From Pseudovirgaria hyperparasitica (Eukaryota), in assembly GCA_010093815.1 (NCBI GenBank), contig ML996576.1: 31,723 nucleotides of DNA; one strand, given 5' to 3'. The position numbers and the translations under genes were made by a program. Each line of letters begins with the position of its first letter. The first letter of the stretch is position 1. This document shows, piece after piece, positions 1-11,576 of this stretch. A model generated the notes under the pieces. The model had not been told where the DNA came from, did no database searches, and saw nothing but the letters and a program-made list of their open reading frames with translations.

Positions 1-2
1 GC

Positions 3-407
3 GTACACGTCGAGATGAAGACGGGCAAGGGCGACAAGGAAGTCCACAAGACCAAAGCCATCAAGTCCAGGTCCGGCGACCCGGTCACCTGGCCGGACAG
101 CAGCGAGACCTTCAAGGTCCAATGCGCCGCCGACACGGCCTTTAAGATTACGGTCAAGGACCACAGCACGTTTGGCAGCGACGACGAGCTCGGCTCCGTG
201 CCCTTTTTCATCGACGACTCGGGCAGCGGTGGCGGCGAGCGGTCGATGCAGGTGGGCGAGGGTCATGTTGTCGTCCGGAGCCAGTTTGTGCCGTCGGCGG
301 ATCGGGATGGGGCCGCGCGCGAGTTGACGCCGCATAGTCCGGGGAAGCTGCGGCGGAGTATTCTTGGGACGTCGAGGGGGCGGGAGCGCAGCGTGACGCC
401 GTCGTGA
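3..407 (+). CDS. 3' end of a tricalbin / extended-synaptotagmin-like C2-domain protein (5'-truncated by the window)
   Basis: Frame open from position 3 (VHVEMKTGKGDKEVHKTKAIK...). C2-like beta-strand pattern with FKITVKDHSTFGSDDELG, followed by a basic S/T tail, as in the last C2 domain of Pezizomycotina tricalbins. Stop TGA 405-407. Confidence 0.75.
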   Translation, partial: VHVEMKTGKGDKEVHKTKAIKSRSGDPVTWPDSSETFKVQCAADTAFKITVKDHSTFGSDDELGSVPFFIDDSGSGGGERSMQVGEGHVVVRSQFVPSADRDGAARELTPHSPGKLRRSILGTSRGRERSVTPS

Positions 408-805
408 TGGGAGGCTTGATGGGCGGGGGTGGACTATATCTAACTCTCGGCCTGGAGTGGCTTGGGTTGTTGGGGGTTAGGATGGAAATTAAAGCAAAGA
501 TGTGTTGACGACGACGCCGGGCTTGCTGTGTATTTTTCTCTAGGGCGGTGATCGTGGCTACAAACTTCTTCTTCTACAAAAATGTTTCCAACCCCTTTTT
601 TGAGTACAAGATGGACAGAGTGAGTAGCTAGGCCAGGTGGCAAGGCTCGCGCGCATATCGTTCCTGGGGTGTTTATGCTTGTGCTTCTGCTGGTGATGTT
701 GATGTTGATGTTGATTCCTGAACTGAAGCGAAACACCGTAATCCTCTACTCCCTAGTACATCTCACAACCCCTCCCCCCCTACAAACACCCTTCTCCCCA
801 CCTCC

Positions 806-3329
806 CTACATCTCCTCTCCCCNNNNNNNNNNNNNNNNNNNNNNNNNNNNNNNNNNNNNNNNNNNNNNNNNNNNNNNNNNNNNNNNNNNNNNNNNNNNNN
901 NNNNNNNNNNNNNNNNNNNNNNNNNNNNNNNNNNNNNNNNNNNNNNNNNNNNNNNNNNNNNNNNNNNNNCACCCTCCTCAACCCAAACCCCCCTCAACCC
1001 CCTCCACTCCTGCCTCTCCCCCAAATACACATTCCAGCGCGGCCGCGGGTACATGGCTAGTTCTGCCGCCGTGGGCAGCACTTCTTCCTCTTCTTCGTAT
1101 ACAGCCCTCTCACTCCCTTTTCCGTTTCCGTTGTTGCCGTTTCCGTTCCCGTTCCCTCCGTTCCCGTTTGCCCTGTTGTTGGTGTTGGTATGCCGCCGCA
1201 CGACGACGACGACGCGGCTGCAGTGCCGCGAGGGCTGGAAACTGCCTGGCACGCGGGCGGTGAGGGTGCGGGCTAGGTGGGCGGAGTCGTTGAGCGGGTT
1301 TGTTAGGGGGGAGGTTTGGGGGGTGAGGGTGGAGGTGGTGCCGGGCCCGGCGATGCGGAGGCCGTGGGGGTCGCGTTGGGAGGTGAGTGGGGAGAGGAGG
1401 GGGAGGATTGGGTGGGGGGTTTCGTCTCCTTCTTCGTCGGTGGTGGTGGTGGTGGTGGTGGTGGTGGTGGTGGACTCAGGGGGGAAATGGGAGTCTGTGG
1501 GAAAATGCGAAAAGAAAGACGAAGACGAAGAAGAGGCAGACACAGACCCCACCGCCCGATCAGCAGCCGGCGAAATGACTAGCCCGGGGACATACCCGGG
1601 GACGATGTTTGCGAGGAAGGAAAAGTGCGTGTAGAGGGCTGTCGTGAAGTTTGCGAGATGGAGGATGGAGGGGGTGAGGAAGGTTGGGAGGGGGGATTGG
1701 GCAGTGGGGTTCTGGGCTGCGGTGTGCCATGCGCGGAGGAAGAGGGTGCGTTCGGGGCGGCGCGGGGGCAGGGCGATGAGGAGTTTGTTGAGGGTGGGCG
1801 TTGTGCTGCTGGAGGAGGAAGAAGGCGGGGAGAGCGGGTCGGTGGATGTGAGGGTTGTGATGGCGTCGGTGAGGGTTGATGGGATGAGGGGCATTTGGGA
1901 GAGGCGCCATGTGTGGAGGGTGAAGGCGAGGGTAGGCGGGATTTGGATGGACGAGGCGGACGACGAGATGGGGCGGAGGACGAGAAAGGAGGGTGCGGCG
2001 CGGGCGTCTGCGAGGTAGGGGACTGAGAGGACGAGGGTCTGCGAAGGGGACGAGGAGATAGGGGGCGCGCCGTGCTTGGAGCGGAAGTAGCAGATTGGGT
2101 TGAAGGAGTGGGGGACGTCGTTGTGGATGTCGGGCTTGGGGCAGAAGCGGAGCTCGATGGTGTCTATGCATTTCGGCACGGCGCAGCGGGCTGTCTTGAT
2201 GTTGTGGCGGGTGTCGAGCGAGGGGTTGGGTTCCTGGCAGCGGGACGTGCAGGACGAGGATGCCGAGACAAAGGAGATTTGGCAGTGCGTGTACTTGTTG
2301 TCGGGTGCTTGGGGTGGTATTTGGGGACGGGGAGCCCAGGGCTGGAAGGGCGGAGCGAGGGCTGGTGGGAACAAGGGGTTGCTGGTTAGGACGGCGAAGG
2401 GGACGTCGTTGTCGTGGAGGTAGCGCTCCGAGATGCGCACCGTGGCGGTAGGCCGGAGATGGAGATTCTGCCGCGTTTGTGTGGTTAGCCTTTTGGGGGG
2501 GAGATTCTGATAAAAACAAAGACCTGATGAAAGACGATACCACTTTATCAGGGTTGTCGATCAGTGCCCTCCACCGCCTGCACACCAGTCTCAGCTTCAC
2601 TTCGCGGCGGAGGAGGAAGTATGTGCCGGGCGCGTGCCGGAAGACGCCGTGGCTTGTCCGCTCGTCGTGGACGGTTGCGCGGGCCGCGACGGCGATTCTG
2701 TTGCGTGGGTAGCCGTAGTGGTGCTTGGTCACGACGTCGACTGTCCTGGCTGCGTAGCCCAGGATCAGGGCCAGCACGCTCTCGCCGTCCACCGCTCTGT
2801 GGATGCGTTCGAAGGGTATGTCGCGCAGCATGCGGATGTCGAGCTGTGATAGCCCGGTCCAGTCTGGCGGCTTGTGGAGCCTGCGGAGAGCGACGTCACG
2901 ATCCACGTATGTGGGCGGCGGTACGTTGGGCCCGTACGTCAGCCTGGGTCCGAATTCTGCGGCTCTGTGACTGATCGCAGGTGCTAGGGCTTGGAGTGGG
3001 CTGTAGTGATGGTGTTGTACGGCCTGGTGTCGGAACTGCGGGTTTGGAACTCGGTTCACCACATCAGTCGTCGTGTCTGGAGCATATTCGGGCTGGATGC
3101 CTTGAGCGGCCAGGTTTCTCTCTCGCATAAAGTCCAGTCTCGCATGGAGAGCGGCCACATTTCCGCGAGAGGCATCTGCTAGCGTGGCATATACGCCCTG
3201 CTCAATGTGCTCTGGTGATGCAGGAGGGCCGATGGGAAACTCTGGCGTCAGTCGATCGAGCGACGGCGACGGGTTATTGTGCTGGGGTGCACGACGCGGC
3301 TTGGGGACGTAGAAGCGTTGCGAATCCAT
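806..3329 (-). CDS. Hypothetical protein with a possible F-box-like segment; 2 exons; 3' end uncertain because of the gap
   Basis: ORFs 1560..3329 and 806..2440 join in phase 0 through a 73-nt intron at 2468..2540 (donor GTATCG, branch GCTAAC, acceptor CAG), giving ...IDNPDKV|NLHLRPTATVRISERY. LRLVCRRWRALID resembles the C-terminal half of an F-box motif. The stop may be at 806, at 763 or inside the gap. Confidence 0.7.
823..969. other. Assembly gap (147 N)
   Basis: Run of N flanked by C-rich low-complexity sequence; interrupts the 3' end of the minus-strand gene below. Confidence 0.99.
1439..1473. repeat. (GGT)n microsatellite encoding a poly-Thr tract on the minus strand
   Basis: About 11 perfect GGT units; translates as STTTTTTTTTTTDEE in the 806..3329 gene. 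A degenerate Asn-Gly repeat is nearby (~1120-1185). Confidence 0.9.
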
Positions 3330-3774
3330 GGTGACAATCTGGCGTCCGAGTCTTCACAGCAGAAGAGGTGTATACTGGTGATGGGGAAACACGGCAGTGT
3401 TGTCGTTTTTGTTGTGTGCGTGTGTGTGGAAAGGTACAGACGCGAAGAAAGGGTTTGCAATCCTAGACGTAGTCAGGTGGGAGCTGGGTTGACCGCCAGA
3501 TCGAATCTGTGTCATCTTTGTTCACTTGCCGTTGTGCCACGTACACCGTCAAGGCTCTAACACGTACAGTCGACAGTGAACAACGCGTCATTGCTTCGTT
3601 CGTGGCACCGAGAGAGCACGAAGTGAACCAAGCCCATCTACAGCCGTATAGAACGGGGTGATGTAATTTTCCCTTTCGCTCTTATGAAGTGCATACGTGA
3701 ACATGCCCAACTGAAACAGCAAAGCTTGAGCCAAGTCATGAAGTAGTATTTCTGCACTTTCCAGCCATAGTCTT

Positions 3775-6037
3775 TCACCCCAGAGATATATGTAAGACTT
3801 TGCTAGCGCACATCTGTCCATCATAGCCAATTCCGGTAATTTGGACCTCTACTTTATCACCACCCCTAAGTTTTTGGACGGAGGACGCTTGAAAAATGTA
3901 CTGGAGGGCATAAGTCCGCTGGACAGGCAATTCATCGATTCGAACATCAAAGTGTGCAAACGGCCCGGTCATGTTGCTTCGCGGCAACATAGCAATTCTG
4001 CAGTCGTCTGATTCGGTAAAACTCCAGGCCAATCTCAGCTGCTCTGTATCATCGACGAGGTGCCTCAGTACACGAATGTCTCCAATCTCGCATGCTAGTC
4101 TAGATATACCGGGAGGTAGTATAGCCAGGCTATGTATATCAATCAGCGGCGTTCTACTGCCCACAATGTTTCCGTCGACAACCTGTGGTCCAGGAACGTC
4201 TTCCTCCAGTTTTGCATCATCTACAATATATTCGACTCCAATCTCAGTGATGACAGCCTCAAACCTATCATGGCCTGGATTCAAGCTTTCATAGATGTTA
4301 GTGTAGATCTGCCTTTGCTCATGTGCTGGCACTACAGGGAGCTCGAAGCTTATCATATTAGTCTGGCACTTGCGCAACTTGACGTATATTTTGATGATAT
4401 GGTTCGGAGGCAGCGGTGATAGGAGAGTATAATTGACTTGTAACCGTAGGTAGCCTTTCAATGAGACTCGAAACAGTGGAAGGCTCATGTTTGCCCCTGG
4501 TCCCGACCTACCAGAGGGTTCACGGCGTATTATTTGGAGGCGGGAAGGTTGAGGTTGGAGATGTGCTATCAAGTTGGGCGACGAGGGACACTCTGGAGGC
4601 TGTGACAGGGTGAAGATATCTGGAAGTATGGACTGGTGTGCGAGACGGGATTGGAAACCTTTGCCTTCCATGGAGCTTGTTTGAGTATCAGTCAGAGGTG
4701 CAAAGCCTCGCTCGAAGTCGGTGTAGAAATAAGACAAACTACCTGCAGGACGTTGTTGCGCATATCGCGAGATAGGATTGTTCTTATAACTTGAATCCCG
4801 ATGGACCGAGGCATCTGCACAGTCACAATGTGTATCCGGCGGAAGTTCTGTCCCATGCCACATAGCCTTCTCTACATTCCTCCCCTGAGAAGGAAAGTGT
4901 TCGAATGACCAAGCTGGCGCAAAGATACCGGCGGACAAATTCAGTTCTGCGAGTTTGGCAACGCCAAGACCGGTGTTCGTGCCCCCACCCCCTTTCGAGG
5001 GATACGTCACGCGTTTGGGGCCTGTTGTGTGAGTGTTTTGAGCCCAAACGTCGATTCCGAAGAAAATATTCGAGAGTGGTATCTGATGCTCCTGAGCCAG
5101 TTTGATGGAGCTCGATGCACCCTCCCCAGTCCAGCGGTAGTTGGTCAGGATAGACCCCGCCGCTTTGGCAAACGCTAGGTTGCGAAGGCTGAGTCTGTTC
5201 TGGTAGTTCACTTCATTGGTGGCGGTTAGAGCATCGTACCTGTTGAGGAGTCAGATGTGGCCTCCCTATTTCCGACGGTCAAAGGACAAAGGACGCGCAA
5301 TCGTCTACGCACCAGACAAGTTCACAGTGCTCCTTCATGTCCGTCTTCAGTTGCTCGAGGAAGCCTAACAAAGCATGTAGGTTCCAATGGCGTCTGGGAA
5401 ACGGATGCTCCAGATTGACAAGCCAGCCGTCGAAGCCATAAACACTAGCCATACTAGCAAGTTGGTGAGCGAGTGGGTAGTGTGTCTTCTCCCCGTCTAC
5501 CGATAAGCTCTGCCATGATTCTAATATTCCCTCATAGCCGGGAAGGTCTCTCTCAACAAGCAGGGTCCCAAGAACCTTTACACCATTTCTGTGGAGATGA
5601 TTGGTCCAGGTAGAGGGAGGTGTACATGCGAGCTTGTGTGAAAAATATACAAAAACATCAACAGACTGTAAGTGCTCGCAAGTATATTCCTCGTCACTCA
5701 GGATTGAGCCCTGGACAGCTTCATAGTCATGGTAATTGCCGCTGGCATCATGGCACAGAAGAATTCGCGCACGCGGTTCCTCACAAGCTGCTTCATATGT
5801 TGACTTGATCAAGGGTGTATTTGCAGTCTGTAAAGGATCCACTGACTCAGCCGACCAGTCTTGAACTTGATCGAAAGTGTCGAAATAAGCAAACCCCTTC
5901 AATGCGTCAAGGCTTCTTTGCTGGCGTCGCTCACGTGGAGTAGGACTGGGATCGCGCGGAGCTCTGCCAAAGCCATCTCGAAAGCCGTCGCGGATTGGAC
6001 GTAATATGTCCTTCCATCCAGCAGGTAAGAGATCCAT
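3775..6037 (-). CDS. Glycoside hydrolase family 85 endo-beta-N-acetylglucosaminidase (cytosolic ENGase)
   Basis: GH85 motifs LLCHD, FVYFSH, HRNGVKVLGT, YGFDGWLVNLE (catalytic N-x-E), W|YDA, LTNYRW, FFGIDVW, SAGIFAPAW. One intron at 5240..5312 (GTGCGT...CTGAC...CAG) joins ORFs 5279..6037 and 3775..5211. No signal peptide. Confidence 0.93.
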
Positions 6038-6421
6038 CTGGGCGGCAAATGAAGAGATGCTAGGATTCAGATCACTTTTGCATTATGAAGATAAAGAAGT
6101 TGCGTTTTAACAAGCCAGCGATGCATCTTCAACACATCAGTGTCGTTGTTGCGAAGCTGCTACGGTGAAACAATAAAGACCCAGGGAGGGTGAGGTTGAG
6201 GATGCCACTGATAGACATGGATAGGGCTGAGCGCTAGTTCGAAAAGGGCAAGGCTGGTTCGGACGTTTCGACGTGAGCTTGGCAGACCTCCCAAAAGGTG
6301 CATCGTGTTCTGTTCAACATTTCGTGTCTTGGTCCCCTCAGACGTGTCTACACCCCTCTACCCGTCACTAGCAACACCAATTGTCCATCTGTAAGGAATA
6401 TTGGCCACAGCAACCTCCAAG

Positions 6422-7338
6422 ATGAACATCTTCAGATTTCTGGGTAAGTTCTCCTTCGTCTGTCCACCCTGCCAGAGTTGCGACTCGCGCGACTCGCAAA
6501 CGGAGCTCCTAGAGCTTGCAGATGATTTATCATGCTAACAATCGTCAGGGGATCTGTCCCACCTTGTCTCTATACTTATCCTTCTACACAAAATGAGAGT
6601 TTCAAGTGTCAGTCCATATCCGACCGGATCCTCCACCAATTGGCGCAACCCTAATCAAACTCGCAGTCCGCAGCAGGAATCTCGTTCAAATCACAGTTCC
6701 TATACTTCATCGTCTACGTAACGCGCTATATCGATCTGCTGTGGACCTTCTACGACCCGTCATCACTCTACAACACTGTCTTCAAAATCATCTTCATCTC
6801 TTCATCTGCCTACACGATCTATCTCATGCTCAACGACTACAAGCCTACTCATGACCCCAATCTTGATACCTTCAAGGTTCAATATCTACTGGCAGGTAGC
6901 GCAGTACTGGCGATCTTGTTCCCATACAAGTACAGCTTCACAGAGGTTCGTGCTCGCAGGCGTCTACACTTTTCATGCTAACCATGCGCTATGCAGATCC
7001 TGTGGGCCTTCTCGATTTGGCTCGAATCTGTTGCCATCCTTCCCCAGCTGTTTATGCTACAGCGTACCGGCGAGGCTGAAACGATCACCACCCACTACCT
7101 TTTCGCACTTGGAGCATACCGTGCCTTCTACATCCCGAACTGGATATACCGATACAGCTTCGACTCCCACTACAAATTCGACCCAATTGCAATCTTTGCT
7201 GGTCTTATCCAGACGGTCCTCTACTCAGACTTCTTCTACATCTACTACACAAAGTATGAACCTCGATACCGCGTGCAGAAGTAGTACTAATGATATCTCA
7301 GGGTTATTCAAGGCAAGAAGTTTGGTCTTCCTGTATGA
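6422..7338 (+). CDS. ERD2: ER lumen protein-retaining (HDEL/KDEL) receptor, 5 exons
   Basis: Exons 6422-6443, 6549-6607, 6667-6945, 6997-7253, 7302-7338 give [23 protein letters not shown]...[10 protein letters not shown]...[47 protein letters not shown]...[23 protein letters not shown]. All introns are GT-AG. Confidence 0.97.
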
Positions 7339-7780
7339 GTCATTCCGACGCTGGGACGAAGAGCCGACGAACTGGACCAATACTGCTCCACAAAGCCGAT
7401 GATACCCGACATTTCTTACCCCGGTGGTCTAGAGTCGAGATGTGCCGTCAGCATGGCCTTACCGAAGGCCAGACGTGGATAAACGCTCGGCTCAGCGATA
7501 TAAAGGTGTACGAGCCTGGAGCACCTCAGCAGACTACGTGAACAACGAGTTATGTATAGACTACAGCTTCTTCTACGGAAGGATATACAGCAATGTTATC
7601 TTTCATTCAATATCACAGGACTCATATGACGCTAATATACTATATGCAGCTGCAGCATTAAACGCAATTGACACCACCACCTAATGTAACATATATCTGA
7701 GCCCGATGATAAACCGCCATGATATCATGTCTTCCCTCGCGCAGATTCTCCTACAGCAAGCCATTTTGGGGCTATTGTCA

Positions 7781-8730
7781 TTATTTCCTCTCAAGTAACT
7801 TGGCCAACTCCTCAAAAACGGTAGTCTTCAAGTCTTCAGTTGTACTACGACCGTAGCGTCTGCTATGATAATATCTGGAGTTGATGTCGGGCTTCGGCAC
7901 TTCCAAAATTTCGAAAACAGCCGTCTTATTCTTCATGCGATGCCCTACAGCTTCGAACCAATGATGCCCATCGCGGTATAGTCTCTCCGCAATCCTCTTC
8001 GAGTTGTGGCTGCAGAACGTGCAGCTCACTTTGAATTTCTCCAGACCGACGGCATCGCAAAGCAGTGTCATCGCTGGGTGATTGATTGCTTTGTGGGTCC
8101 CATTGCCCCATCCCCATTCCTTGATGGTGATATACCTGACGAAACGCCTGTGGGACCCGATCTGAGCAAGGAAATTGTACATGGCCTGAGTATCGGCGAA
8201 GACGAATTCGTTGCTGTACAGGACCGCAACAGCCTCGACGTGAATCTGCTTGTTCAGGGCGAGCAGAGCCGGTACGAATGAATTGGTGCTCGTGGCAATG
8301 GTTTCATGGTAAGATCTGACGTGTTGGCGCCGAGCAATACGTCGGTACTTCTTCCACCCTTCGCAGAGACTTACGGGTTGCGTGTCGGAGAGTGCGATTT
8401 CGTAGATGTGGTTTCGCAGTTCAGGTGGTAGGTCAAGAAACCGGAAGAATCGCTGGGATTTGGCGGGTTGGGCAGCAGCAATCCCTGTTTTGCGTGCTCG
8501 CTTTGCTTTTTGGACTTTCTGGGCTTTGGCTTTGCGTTTGCGGCAGCTTATGTTGGGCTCGTAGTCGCTGTCATTGTCGAGTTCGCTGTTGGTTTGGGTG
8601 GATTGCCATTCTGCTTCGGTTGTCTCCCGAGAGAGGATCTGCTCAGATTGATACTGCTTACTGGTCAATTGGACTGTCATCGGAACGACTAGACAGGATT
8701 TACCAATTGCTGGGACGTGACGCCAACCAT
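7781..8730 (-). CDS. Hypothetical protein with F-box-like motif (FRFLDLPPELRNHIYEIAL) and basic NLS-like stretch
   Basis: Likely start is ATG 8730 (MVGVTSQQL), then a 50-nt intron at 8654..8703 (GTAAAT...CAG), then YQSEQILSRE... in the 7781..8680 frame. PALLALNKQIHVEAVAVLYSNEFVF follows the pattern of this large Pezizomycotina family. Confidence 0.8.
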
Positions 8731-9453
8731 GCTGTCGTTTCTGAAAGGTAATGTAAGATTGAAGGTCGTGTGGAACGAGAAGCTCAACTTATAGAGAAGC
8801 AACAATCATCTCATGTCTTTATTAGTTACCTCAAAGCGGCGAAGCTGCCTGAACTTGTGGGTCGTACAATCAGGCAGGAGCCAAATTAGGTCAAGTGCCA
8901 GGCAGCAGTACCTACTTAGGTACCGTACCTATAGCTTCGCGACGCGATGAGTCGTGACGCGACTCCCACTGAAACCACATTGAATCCATCTCTACAACAC
9001 TGCCCTGCTAGTCAGATGAAGAATCACGACGGTATGATCGAAGACTAGATTGCGGTATCTGCAATTCTCAAATCCCACCCGCTTGATCCCCGCACTTCAC
9101 ATGTACGTGCATGCCAAGGCGTTCACCGGACGCAGGAAGCAAAATCTTATTTGACGAAGCTGCATGCATATATGCACGCCATTTACTATTATGCTTCTCA
9201 AATCAATAATTCGTAGGGTTGAATACGCCTTGCGCATGCAGCCTCGCCTATGAGACTATGTTCCCCTACACCTTACATTTGTTCTCGCAGGAGATGGCAG
9301 AAGTTTCTCGAACTAGGTGCTCTCACTTGACACAATACCTCTTAGGCCCCCTTCCCAGATCATGTTGGAGCTCAAGTTCGAACGAAGGTGTCTCGAGGTA
9401 TAACATATCGTCTTGGCTGAGCTCACTCTGGGTAACCTTTATCGTCGCCGTTA

Positions 9454-11393
9454 ATGGCTCTTGAGGTTGTTGCAATAGGGGCTTCTGCCTACACTATACT
9501 TGAGGGCCTGAAATGGTGCGTACATGAAATGGGCCTCTTCGCAAACGCATCTCGCAACGGCCGACGCGAATTGCGTATGCTAGAGTGGGAGATTGACCTC
9601 TTGACCCGATGCTATGAGAGAGCTCACATCACAGCTCGCCGAGAGAACAACAAGCGGCAAAACCCGAAAAGAAAGAGTAGAGAGGAAATATTGATGGACA
9701 AATTTGCGCGGACGTGCGAGAAAGCTGTGAGGCAATTTTTGAAGAAAGTTGCGGAAGCGAGTTGGTTCACCATGATGTGGTATAGAAGCAGGAGTGCAAT
9801 TATGGACCTTGTACAGCTTCTTGCGAGGACCAAGTCTTCTTTCGGCATGTATTCGGATGTATGCAGGATAAGTGACTTGGAGGAACGAATCAGAAATTTG
9901 GAGATCGAGAATGAAAAGCTGAAATCCAAGGGCATCGAGTCTGACCTTATCCATAAATTAAACGGTCTCATGTAAGCTGAATGATTGTAGGACTATGGGT
10001 CATCAATAACATTTTGAACAGACTTGTCAGCAAGGAGGATCTTATGGCCGTACGGACCGACCTGAAGCACAAATACCAACACATCCACGACGTGCATCCC
10101 TCTCAGAAGAAGATAGAAAGCGGGACTAGCGCAACAACCAAGGCAGAGGAACAGTTCTTGGCCCGTGTTATCACACCCAAGATTGAGATGAGCTCCCCAA
10201 GTACACAGGCAGCACTAGGCCTTCCTCGAGCTTCAAGATCGTCGAAGTCAAGGGCATCTCGGCCACCTGATCCGCCCGTACCGACACTTCCTAAAGCGCC
10301 GACATTTCCGGCACCCAACAACTATAGCAGTAGTGCCTCGGGCAGCAGGCCTGGTCGTAGATTGAGACCTCAAACGATGGATCACAAACCGTGTTCTACC
10401 AACGTCCATGCTCCGGTTGAAACGCGCACAAAGGCTCCGGAGGAGTCTGCCAGCCATATATCCGTATCATCAAGTCGTAAAGCACAGAGTGTCAGGCGGC
10501 GTCCCAGTGTCGCTATTAGATTAAGAGAGACAGAGCCTCACTCTCTAGCAGTTACAGTTGTGGAGCATCGAAGAACGTCTGATGAGCTACTGAAAGAGGA
10601 AGATGTTGCCATTGAAGCTCGTCAAACGAATAGAAACAATGCCGAGACTGATAGATTTGCACTCCCCGTATCAGAGGAATGTGAAATATCAAAGGACACA
10701 GGTAGAGTTACGGCGGATCTATCAATTGTTGCTGACTCTCTCTCGGAGATCAAGCAACCCGAACTTGCCGATATTGCGAGTGCCATGCGCCAGAACATGG
10801 TCGACACAGCTGCCCTGGAGGAAACTGGTTCAATCAAAGACAGTTCACGCATGTCCAGCGGCAGAACAGAGCGTTCAAGAATACCAAATGATGTTCCACC
10901 GGTCTTGCCCGCCGAGTCGCGTGGCCACGACACTTCAAACGAAGATCTCACATCAAACATGAAAGACAAACGGCGTTCATACATTCCGGCAGACTCAAGC
11001 GAGTCGTACTACGAGATCCACGCACCCTTCATAGACCGGGACCTGGACGATATCGAAAGCTCTCACGTGTCAGGATCATCCTATCGAAGCGTGGCCTCAT
11101 CCGCATATGGCTCCATCTGCTCCAGGCAATCTCAAATGTCAGCAGAAGCAGAAGAACTAAAACGCCAATTGGAGAAGAAGGACCAGGAATATACCGAGCA
11201 GCATTTTCGAAAGCTTCGCCGCAAGTCCGGGAGAGATATGAGGCTGTCAAAAGGCGAGCGAAAGTCACCTAGAGCGGGAGACGAAACAGAAATAAGCAGG
11301 GACCAGCATCGAGGGAGTCGTCGGCTCGAGAGAGGGGTTGATCTGGGAATTGATATAGGTGGGGGCAAGCACAGATACACCGCGTCAGAGTGA
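9454..11393 (+). CDS. Hypothetical protein: helical N-terminus resembling fungal HeLo-like/STAND N-terminal domains, coiled coil, long disordered tail; 2 exons
   Basis: Intron 9972..10021 (GTAAGC...CAG) joins ORF 9454..9975 to ORF 9981..11393 in frame (NGLI LVSKEDL). MALEVVAIGASAYTILEGLK...ELRMLEWEIDLL resembles HeLo-like N-termini; this assignment is tentative. Confidence 0.65.
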
Positions 11394-11576
11394 TGGGAGC
11401 AAGTTATACGATAGCTGAACTCTCCTCAAAAGAGCCCCTCGAGTTTATGATATAGGCAAACACATCAAGAACACACTCCTGTCGAGCACAATATTGGATC
11501 TTTTGGGCTATGTACATAGTCATTACGCATAATTCATCAGAAATGTCATTATCCGAAACGCCACGCTCCTCAAAAT

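Noticed and set aside
669..2451. Plus-strand ORFs with poly-Val, poly-Trp or poly-Gly
   Set aside because: Antisense shadows of the GC-rich minus-strand gene and its GGT microsatellite.
1560..2467. C-terminal half of the 589-aa ORF 1560..3329 (Pro/His/Arg-rich), or a frameshift between the two overlapping minus ORFs
   Set aside because: A canonical 73-nt intron at 2468..2540 moves the frame into ORF 806..2440; the P/H/R-rich translation is an off-frame read of C-rich codons.
8905..8966. Short palindromes (TACCTACTTAGGTA; GAGTCGTGACGCGACTC) and a related GCGACTCGC tandem in ERD2 intron 1
   Set aside because: Stems of only 6 bp, compatible with chance or ordinary promoter motifs; no further support.
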